Both the position numbers and the translations under genes were made by a program. Positions 53,954 through 64,000 of a stretch of DNA of 64,000 nucleotides are shown here, one piece after another. The notes beneath the pieces were generated by a model. The model saw only the letters and a program-made list of their open reading frames with translations, was not told where the DNA came from and did not search any database. The stretch comes from Eledone cirrhosa (Eukaryota), in assembly GCA_964016885.1 (NCBI GenBank), contig OZ024742.1:56110001-56174000 (forward strand). The letters are read 5' to 3'. The first letter of the stretch is position 1. Every line of letters starts with the position of its first letter.

Positions 53954-54780
53954 CTATCGTCACCAACGTATACCTTCCTGCCAGATTGTTGAACGCATAT
54001 ACTAGATTGTTGAACGATTAACCCACTCGATATTCAAATTGGGCTACTCAGCCGTTAATATGCATAAGGTAAGTATATACGTTCAACAATCTGGCAGGAA
54101 GGTATACGTTGCTGACGATAGCTAATAAGCTTGAAACTAGTACAGCGTTCCTTTGTCAGTGTTGAACAAACGAGCAACGATGGTTGCTAGACACTACGTC
54201 TTAATACGGGATGTTTTTTTTACAAACACACCGAGCATTATAATAAATGTTCGGTGAATCCATACGTTCATATATATATGTGTGCATGTAGGTGTATATA
54301 TATATACATACTACTGTACGTGTGTATACATATATGTATGTACGTGTACATACTTATATTTAAGTAACAGCCGTACTAAGAGTGGGAAATGAAATTTCGT
54401 TTCATTTTTTCCGTTTATCGTTTTCGGTGCACCCGGCCGATTAACCCACTCGATATGCAAATTGTGCTACTCAGCCGTTAATATGCATAAGGTAAGTATA
54501 TACGTTCAACAATCTGGCAGGAAGGTATACGTTGCTGACGATAGCTAATAAGCTTTAAACTAGTACAGGCGTTCCTTTGTCAGTTTTGAACAAACGAACA
54601 ACGATGGTTGCTAGACACTACGGCTTAATACGGGATGTTTGTTTACAAACACACCGAGCATTATAATAAATGTCCGGTGAATCCATACGTACATATATAT
54701 ATGTGTTCATGTATGTGTATATATATACATACTATTGTACGTCTGTATACATATATGTATGTACGTGTGCATTCTTATAT
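53950..54780 (+). mobile_element. Family F retrozyme-like tandem, 423-bp period, short 5' inversion
   Basis: HHR cores at 54112 and 54535. 53950-54000 is an inverted fragment. Flanked by (TA)n. Confidence 0.88.
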
Positions 54781-54812
54781 ATATATATATATATATATAA
54801 TGTATATATATA

Positions 54813-54855
<43 letters not shown>

Positions 54856-54875
54856 GTACATATATAATGTATATA

Positions 54876-54919
<44 letters not shown>

Positions 54920-54937
54920 GTACATATATATATGTAT

Positions 54938-55004
<67 letters not shown>

Positions 55005-55345
55005 GTACATTCATGAAAAGACATACTCCACAGGCTGTATGTTGCGAGAATATGTATATTTATGTATGCGTTATTGTGCTATTGTTGTCAATATAATATT
55101 TCACGCAAAGAAAAAATATTGTTTGGATAATATTTTCTAATATTGAATTTACCCATAAAGTAAACATCCGATTATAAAAACGATGTCACATTTACAGATA
55201 ACAGTTTTTGTTTTCTGAAAGAGGAGGTGCGCACTATGCATATCTACTCTTATTTACAAATATTTTTTCATGTGTTTACGTTATACTGTTTAGATAAATA
55301 CAACTATAATATTTGCAGAAGTGGAGCTGCACATTTTAATATATA

Positions 55346-55505
<160 letters not shown>

Positions 55506-55983
55506 TATTAAAGGAACGATCGACTTTCGTCAAATCGGACCGAGGGAACAATGTTTCCGTTGGTCTTTCCAATTGCTAATACTATCTATCGGTCGCAACT
55601 CCAGGTAGAAGGAGCAACGTATATATATATATATAGAGAGAGAGAGAGATTGCCTGTGTATTTTTTAGGAAGATATGAAATAACAAATAATAATGGATTT
55701 ACATATAAATGGAATGTATCTAAAAAGAAAAAAATATCATGACATATATATACAAACACACACCGAAAAACCACACGGGCGTTACAATAACACACATATT
55801 AACACATAGATGCATACATGCTTACACTCACACACACATGCATATATATATATATATATATATATTCATTAGTTAAGCAAAACAAGACCAGAAACTTCAC
55901 AAGGAAGACATTATTAAAAGATTGTCAACATATTTTAGTTTGATGTAAGGAATGTAGAGAATAATAATAATAATATTAATAAT

Positions 55984-56159
55984 AGTTGTTTCTACATTAG
56001 GCACAAGGCCAGCAATCACCCAGTGCATTACTGGTACTTATTTTATCGACCCCGTAAGGATGAAAGGCAAAGTCAACCTCGGCGGGATTTGAACTCAGAT
56101 CATTAAGGGACGTAACTATGCTGGAAAGCAAGGCGTCCGACCCTCTACCGATACTCCCA
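55984..56159 (-). mobile_element. Full-length tRNA-derived SINE inserted in the PLE inverted pLTR
   Basis: Absent from the paired copy at about 59735-59765. Inserted in an (AAT)n tract. Confidence 0.88.
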
Positions 56160-56742
56160 AATAATAATGTCCGTTTACAATTGTTTCGCTACTCCATATA
56201 ATATTTCTGGATCAGATGACTATATATCATAATTGATCTGGTTCAGTTGAAAATAATTAACATATTTAAAAAAACAGAGTGGCTCATCGGAACTCAAAGG
56301 AATATAAATTAAAGTAATGTTACATAATATAATGTTCCATATATTGGTTTTTACCATGGTGTCTTCGTTGCATCAGCTGTCAGCCATAATCAAGCAGTAT
56401 TCATCTGTCGAGGCTGCATTGTGTGAGATCTGCCTATTGGTAACAAGATGGCTGCCAATGGGCATATTTACCTTACTAATTAGAGGGTGGTTTCAGGGGA
56501 AGTAACTAATGAATATTTCCAGCTCTGCGCACCTAACTTCTGCATGAACCCAGCCACCTAGCTGCTTTCTCCTGCATATTGCACATTGAGCACATGCCTT
56601 TACGCTTTGGCTTCTAACTAACTCACCAATCTCTCCTCTCATATCTCCTCCACTATCTCCATCTCTCTCTTTAAGATTAGTTACTCTTGAACTGTGTATA
56701 CTTGAGCTCCCGAAGTCGAGCTATTTACTGTTAGAAGTCACC

Positions 56743-59246
56743 ATGTTGAGCAAACAGGAACTCAGAATCTCACTTAAGTCCATACCTATCCCGGACAGAA
56801 AGACATACCTCAAACTATTAATACAGAGTGTCAACTCCATCATTCGAAGAATAAGATGGAAAGCGTACCACTTTGACCGTGCGGTTCCTGCTGACGCCGG
56901 AAGTACATCAAATAGATATGGATTTGCCACATGCAAGAACCCCCCACACAACATCCTGCTGGACCCTTTTGAGAAAGATATATTCAACTTCGTCAGGAGC
57001 ATTAAGTTCAAAAATCATTATAGACACAGGAATAACTTCCTCACTACATTAGCAACAACTATAAAAAAATTTATGGATAGCAACCTCTTACATGTTATGT
57101 CTGACAAAACCAAAAATCTATACACAATGACTCCTGAAATGTACCACTCTTTCCTTCTCAAAGAACTCAATAAAAACTATAAAAAAACTACACCCTCCAG
57201 TGTAAACGTACTTAACCGAAAAGCCCAGGCTTTGGTTAAGGACTTGCATTTGGATAGATTTACCCACCCTTATGTACCAACAACCCCAAGGTTCTCTCTC
57301 AAGGATCACAAGCCAAACTTTATAGAGAACCCATCCATTAGACTCATAAGCCCAACCACATCTGACCTGGGCCGCATCAGTAAGAACATCCTTGATAGGA
57401 TAATCCCTGGGCTACAAGATGATATCACCTACAAGTTGTGGTCCAACACCGGCCAATCATCAGATGGTTCTCCGATCTAAGGTCCAAGCAATCTATGAGG
57501 TTCATCCAATTTGATATAGACAGCTATTACGCGTCAATAACCCCGGAACTGCTCAACAAAGCACTAGCCCTAGTCACCACCAACTCGGACATAACCAATA
57601 ATGAGATTAACATCATACTCATGGCTAGGCAGACTATCATTGAATTCAACGGAGCACTCTGGACTAGAAAAGATAGAACAGACAACTTTGACATTACGAT
57701 GGGCTCAAGTGACTCCGCGCAAATCACCGATTTAGTTGGGATTTACCTATTACGTAACATCAGAGCCGAAATCCAACCCATGCAAGGCGGAATATACAGG
57801 GACGACGCCCTATTTGCGGTCCACAATTGCACTAATCGGGGAATCGATTTGCTAAAGAAACAATTTCATAGATTCTTCAAAAATAACGGTCTCTCTATCA
57901 CCATCGAGCTGAACCATAAAGTAGTAAACTTCCTAGACGTCACCCTTGATCTCAACAATAACCTTTATAACCCTTACCATAAACCAGGCGAAATACTCAC
58001 ATATATTAGCCCACACTCTAACCACCCACCGGCAGTCATCAGAGCAGTAATCAAATCTATCTCCTATAGGATCTCAATGCTATTAGCAAATCCAGAGATA
58101 TTTATAAACCACGCACTATATTATAATAAGGCTCTCTCTGAATGTGGTTATAAACAATCAATTTATTACATACCAAAATGCCATAACACAGCAACTCACC
58201 ATAATAAACTTAACACTAGAACTAGAAATACCTTAGCATATAGCCAGATTCGCCGGAATTTTAGCAGTAACAGCACCTATACAGGGAACTTTAATGGTGG
58301 CAGCGGCCTGCTCCCCGCTCCAAGTAGCAAACTAAGAATCAACCCTAGAATAGGAATGAGAAATGGGATGACAAATAACATATCCCCAGGTAATAATAAC
58401 CCTAGGAAGGCCCCTACCAACTCCACTAGAACCCCTAGAAGGAGTAGACCTCGAAATATCCCCTGGCTCAACCCACCATTCTCATCTAATCTAGCCACTA
58501 ATATCCCCAAACGCTTCTTCTCTATCCTATCCAAACACTTCCCCCCTAACCATAGATATTACAAACTCTTTAATAAAAATAACATTAAAATCTCATTCTC
58601 CACAACACCTAACCTAGCTAGCCACATCGCGTTCAGTAACCATCATAAGCTAAGACAGTATAACTCCCACACCGCGGTACCACCACCCCTATCAAATACA
58701 CCACGCCACTACACCAATAATTACTCTAGTAGCACACCTCCCCCATCTAATCTTTCTAGCAGGGACCAACCGCTTAGGTTAAACAACCCTACTCTCACTA
58801 ACCGCAGAAGCAACTGCAACTGCCGTTATCCCAACGCATGCCCATTAAATGGGCACTGCCTGACACCCAACATAGTCTATAGGTGAACCGTTGAGACTGC
58901 TTCGAATACCAGCTCTTATATCGGGTCTACCTCTAACCCTTTTAAGGTACGCTATAACGCGCACTCTTTTTCCTTCCGAGACCCTAGCAACAGATGTTCG
59001 ACATCGCTAGCGAGGCTCATTAAAAACCTTAAATTAAACAACGTTCAACACTCACTAAAATGGGATATCGCAGCTAGGGCCCAACCGTTCAATGGACGAA
59101 GAAAATCATGTGATCTCTGTGTTACGGAAGCATATTACATAACTCTATCACGACCTCCACCGATTAACGATAGAACGGAGGTAACCATTAGCTGTCAACA
59201 TCGAAGGGCTAATTCCTTCGCCATTAGAGTTTTTGACCCAACTTAG
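56743..59246 (+). pseudogene. PLE polyprotein: RT plus CxCx5C linker plus C-terminal GIY-YIG endonuclease, with one frameshift (about 57455) and one in-frame TGA (58884)
   Basis: IRRIRWKAYHF, SDKTKNLY, LKDHKPNF..IRLISP, FDIDSYY, ITMGSSDSAQ, GGIYRDD, NFLDVTLDL, CNCRYPNACPLNGHC, IVYR*TV..YIGSTS..FKVRY..CDLC..CQH. Final stop TAG at 59244-59246. Confidence 0.92.
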
Positions 59247-59611
59247 TCATGTAGCCCCATTTCTACTTGTAGCTAATAAGTTAAATTGCTATGAACAACT
59301 CGATAATTATAAGTTACCTCCCTTACATTGTCTCTCAATTAAAAAATGTAAATACTAGCACTTAACTATAAATACTCACAATCTCTAATCTCTCGAGAAG
59401 TTACTTCCCCTGAAACCACCCTCTAATTAGTAAGGTAAATATGCCCTTTGGCAGCCATCTTTTAGTCATAGGCAGATCTCACACAATGCAGCCTCGACAG
59501 ATGAATACTGCTTGATTATGGCTTACAGCTGATGCAACGAAGACACCATAGTAAAAACCAATATATGGAACATTATATTATGTAACATTACTTTAATTTA
59601 TATTCCTTTGA

Positions 59612-59732
59612 GTTCCGATGAGCCACTCTGTTTTTTTAAATATGTTAATTATTTTCAACTGAACCAGATCAATTATGATATATAGTCATCTGATCCAGAA
59701 ATATTATATGGAGTAGCGAAACAATTGTAAAC
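59612..59732 (+). ncRNA. Type I hammerhead ribozyme, CCGAUGA core, long stem II (family M)
   Basis: gtt-CCGATGA-GCcACTC...GAGTaGC-GAAA-caattGTA-aac. Mirror copy at 56173-56293(-). Confidence 0.7.
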
Positions 59733-60039
59733 GGACATTATTATTATTAATATTATTATTATTATTCTCTACATTCCTTACATCAAACTAAAATATGTTG
59801 ACAATCTTTTAATAATGTCTTCCTTGTGAAGTTTGTGGTCTTGTTTTGCTTAACTAATGAATATTTCCAGCTCTGCGCACCTAACTTCTGCATGAACCCA
59901 GCCACCTAGCTGCTTTCTACTGCATATTGCACATTGAGCACATGCCTTTACGCTTTGGCTTCTAACTAACTCACCAATCTCTCCTCTCATATCTCCTCCA
60001 CTATCTCCATCTCTCTCTTTAAGATTGGTTACTCTAGAA

Positions 60040-60081
<42 letters not shown>

Positions 60082-60089
60082 TTATTTAA

Positions 60090-60448
60090 GTTTGTTGGTT
60101 CACCCCCGGATAGAATTGGTCATTCAGTATGGTCAATCTTGATGCAATATTATGGAAAGTACTCAACGTAGTGCAGTTCACCCGTCTTCTTTTGTGTAGT
60201 TGGTGGTGCGAATACGGAGTTAATTATTATGAATAAAATAACAGGAGGCTGGACGGGTGTAAATCCTTGAAAAGATTATTATACTATGATCATTTCAATG
60301 ACCGGGTTCCGTATGAATTCGGTGATATCATCAGGTATTCGAAATATAACAAAGGAATATATAAAAATCCATGGTCATTGAAATTATCATAGTATAATAA
60401 ACTTTTCAAGGATTTACACCAGTCCAGCCTCCTGTTATTTTATTCACG

Positions 60449-60450
<2 letters not shown>
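60090..60450. repeat. Short fold-back insert carrying HHR family N
   Basis: 60228-60303 is the reverse complement of 60373-60446. Confidence 0.7.
60281..60338 (-). ncRNA. Type I hammerhead ribozyme (family N)
   Basis: Minus strand: atac-CTGATGA-tatcACCG...CGGTcatt-GAAA-tgatcaTA-gtat. Confidence 0.7.
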
Positions 60451-60504
<54 letters not shown>

Positions 60505-60681
60505 GTGTGTGTGTGTGTTTATATATATATGTGTGTGTGTAGATGGATTAATGGATGGTGGTAATTATGTAGATATACAGATAGCTAGATAGATATATAG
60601 ATAGATAATGTATTCGTTGAAGCTTTTACCGAAATATTTCTGTCTCGTTTCTAGAAGAATCTTGTCACAAAATAGAAATAT

Positions 60682-60860
60682 AATTGTTTCTACTTTTGGC
60701 ACAAGGACAGCAATTACCCAGTACATTACTGGTACTTTATTTTATCGACCCCGTATGGATGAAAGGCAAAGTTAACATCGGCGGGATTTGAACTCAGATC
60801 ATAAAGGGACATAACTATGCTGGAAAGCATGTCCGACCCTCTACCGATACTACCAAGTCA
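60682..60860 (-). mobile_element. Full-length tRNA-derived SINE
   Basis: Homologous to 55984-56159 and 37628-37790. Confidence 0.85.
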
Positions 60861-61371
60861 CTAAATAGAAATATAATGCATTCTAATTATATATTGAATC
60901 ATTTGCTTTGGCTGTGTTAACTTCTTGTCTGTGCATCTGTCTACGTTTATGTATGCATGCATATATGTATGTACAATATCTGTGCACGTGTATATACACT
61001 AAGTGCCCATCCCAAACAATAGAATACAGGTATTTCTGCTAAGCTAATGGTTCACTCCCCATTTTGCGCCTAAAAAGTTAACTTTGTGTTAAGAAATAAT
61101 ATATTTTTATTATACATGGATACTTAAGACAATATAGTGGAATATATCAAGGAAATATTGATAGATGTCTAGTAACTCGTGTGAGGTAGTATATACGCCA
61201 CGATTTAGTACATGCTATAGAAATCGAAATGCTAGATTGTGTCATTCATGTGTAGAGATTGCAAAGTGTTTTATCCGTTTATTATGTTAATGTACTTAGA
61301 ATATACACCTTGCTCTTTTGTTTAATATATTGAAGCTCTCATCAAAATATAACACTTACACACACACACAC

Positions 61372-61410
<39 letters not shown>

Positions 61411-61502
61411 TATATATATATATAGATATATATATATATGTATGTATATATATATATATATATATAGATATATATATATATAGATATATATATATAAGTA
61501 AG

Positions 61503-61536
<34 letters not shown>

Positions 61537-61544
61537 TATATATG

Positions 61545-61678
<134 letters not shown>

Positions 61679-61699
61679 TTAAGGATACTATTATAGTTA

Positions 61700-62990
61700 T
61701 GTATATTTTAAACTATAAACAGTCTATGGTGATACTTAAGTTATAGTTTTTGAAAGTTTTATGTAATAGTTTCCTAGTTCTTTCTATATTAAATTGTTTA
61801 TAGTCTATAAGGTGTAGTGCATCATCGCGGTATAAACCACCGTTAAGGTATTTTACCCTATCCTATTAAATAAGGCACTCATTATGGCGATGAAGAATAG
61901 TGACCTGACTAAATCCCATTTTTATGTCATATTTGCGGCCCGTAAAACCATAATTGCATTTGAAGATCAGTTATGGACCCGCAAGGATACGCATAACAAC
62001 TTTGACATAATTATGGGATCTAGTGACTCGGCGCAGGTCACTGATTTGGTGGGCCTATATCTACTAAATGAAATCCATAAGGACCTACCATACCGCAACG
62101 GTGGTTTATACTGCGATGATGCACTACTTCTTATAGACTATAAACAATTTAATATAGAAAGAACTAGGAAACTATTACATAAAACTTTCAAAACCTATAA
62201 CTTAAGTATCACCATAGACAAAAACACTAAGTATGTTAACTTCCTTGATGCTACCCTTTACCTAGACTCTAAAATATATACACCATTTCATAAACCTAAC
62301 GAAAAACTAATTTATGTAGATACCAAGTCTAACCACCCTAGATCCATATTAAACTCAATCACTAAAGGAATATCCAATAGAATCTCTAATCTATCTTGTA
62401 CCGAAACCATATTTAGCAATAATTCACAATACTATAATCAACCTTCATAGCCCTAATGCAATACCTAGCAACCAGACTTCTACATAACATAATAACCGAC
62501 AAGATAACATCCAAAATAAATGTAACTATAGATCTAATAGAACCTGCCCTCTAGATAAAAACTGCTTAATCAAGGATATCATTTACTCATGCACGGTCAG
62601 CACTAACAACTCTTCTGAAACCTATATAGGCTCTACTTCGAACTGCTTCAAAACGAGATACAACTCGCATCTCCATTCTTTCAAAAAACACAATCTAGCC
62701 AACTCCACTTCACTATCTAGCTACATACACAATCTGAAAACTAGGAATAGAACATATACACTTCAATGGGAAGTGGTAGGTAGGGCTACATCGTATAAAC
62801 CACCTAATAAATTCTGTAACCTCTGTCTACTAGAGACCCATACTATAATCTTTTCGAATCTTAACCTCCTTAATAAAAAATCGGAGTGTTTGCATCGTGC
62901 CAACACCGCTTCCGACACTCTTTCCAAAGCTTTAAACCTAGTGTTAAGCAATGTCAGATTTGAATTCATCACCACTTATAGCACTTCACT
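61700..62990 (+). pseudogene. 5'-truncated, internally deleted PLE (RT 3' half plus GIY-YIG) with 5' inversion
   Basis: FDIIMGSSDSAQVTDLVG, GGLYCDD, NFLDATL, CPLDKNCL..IIYSCTV..YIGSTS..CNLC..CLH. About 61715-61845 mirrors about 62095-62222. Confidence 0.88.
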
Positions 62991-64000
62991 TCAAGGTTTT
63001 GGCTTCCACCACTAGACCACACTCTCTGATCCGCCCTTTCCTCTACACAAATCATTCTATCTATAACTTTATACCCTAGAAATATCCTTATAATCACTAC
63101 CTTTTAATATAATTACTTTAGATTACTTATAATTGTATAATGATTGAAATATAATACAGTTTATATAAACTTTAAATATTAGATACAACAATGAATTATA
63201 TATGCATTTGTAATTAATGTATAAATTAATAACATTGGGTATATATATATAGGATTAATTTATTAACATAAGGGATTTGTCTAACTTATATGTAATATGT
63301 CACAATGAATTATATATGAATTATATATGCCTTTATAACTAAATGGATAGATTCATAACATTGTATATGGGGGATAAATTTGTTTACTCAAGAGATGTAT
63401 CTAATTTATCATGCAAATAGCTGTACGCTGTTCCATAGCTTACTAAGGGTTAGGTAGACAAAAATCTAATTGAATCTTTAATATGTTTTGAGAGTAGACT
63501 GTATTTAAGGTTAAATTGATATAAAGATATAGCATTTTGGGTGGGAAATTCAATTATAGCACTATATAATAATGAGTAAACAACTTCCTATTGAAACCTT
63601 TAATACATTATGAGAGAGTAGACTGTATTTAAAATTAAATATAAATATATAACCTTTTATATAAGGGACTCAATTGAGCACAATATAATGTATGTTAGAT
63701 CAATGAATTTAGTTATGAGAATCAGCTAGTTACCCCCTCTTACGCATTAGCTCCCCTTAATTACATACCTACTTCCGGATATTAAACCGCTGTAAATCCT
63801 CGCAGCCGAAAGAACCTAGTATATAAATATGGATTAAATAACACTGAGTTTCAATACGTTACAATCCTTTACTACAACAAACATTCAATACAAATACATC
63901 TTAACATATGTGATGGATGTGAAAACTATAACTTCCTTTCTCTGGATGTGAAAATGGTGGTGGATGTGAAAACTATAACTTTCTTTTTCTGCACACATAC

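Larger units (their letters stand above)
55864..60047 (+). mobile_element. Near full-length Penelope-like retroelement with direct and inverted pLTR parts, inserted in (TA)n
   Basis: 56506-56700 matches 59853-60047 (direct). 55864-56507 is the reverse complement of about 59398-59862, interrupted by a SINE. Confidence 0.95.

Noticed and set aside
59280-59560. SECIS candidates at ATGA motifs
   Set aside because: I could not form the helix and apical AA geometry by eye.
63000-64000. Expected HHR in the 3' UTR of the last PLE
   Set aside because: No complete core was found by eye. Only a short ggatgtgaaaactataactt duplication is visible near the window end.

Overview
AT-rich animal DNA with no convincing multi-exon host gene. 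It is inferred to be octopod cephalopod, from a tRNA-derived SINE with the CATCC..GGGGTCGATAAAATAAAGTACCAGT body and the extreme (TA)n load. Most listed ORFs are (TA)n artefacts. The window is a mosaic of retroelements nested in (TA)n tracts. (1) Penelope-like elements (PLEs): one near-complete copy at about 55864-60047 (RT with YRDD, CxCx5C linker, C-terminal GIY-YIG, direct pLTR plus inverted 5' pLTR) and at least six fragments. (2) CR1/L2-like, RTE and R4/Dong-like LINE fragments, SINEs and small MITEs. (3) Reading the non-coding inserts by eye gave about 30 type I hammerhead ribozyme (HHR) motifs in about 14 sequence families. Several sit in non-coding tandem or fold-back units of 316-700 bp that behave like retrozymes or non-autonomous PLEs, and several end on an internal TA motif fused to the target (TA)n. 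One family carries a compensatory U3-A8 catalytic-core variant with covarying stems. All folds were assessed by eye and boundaries are approximate.
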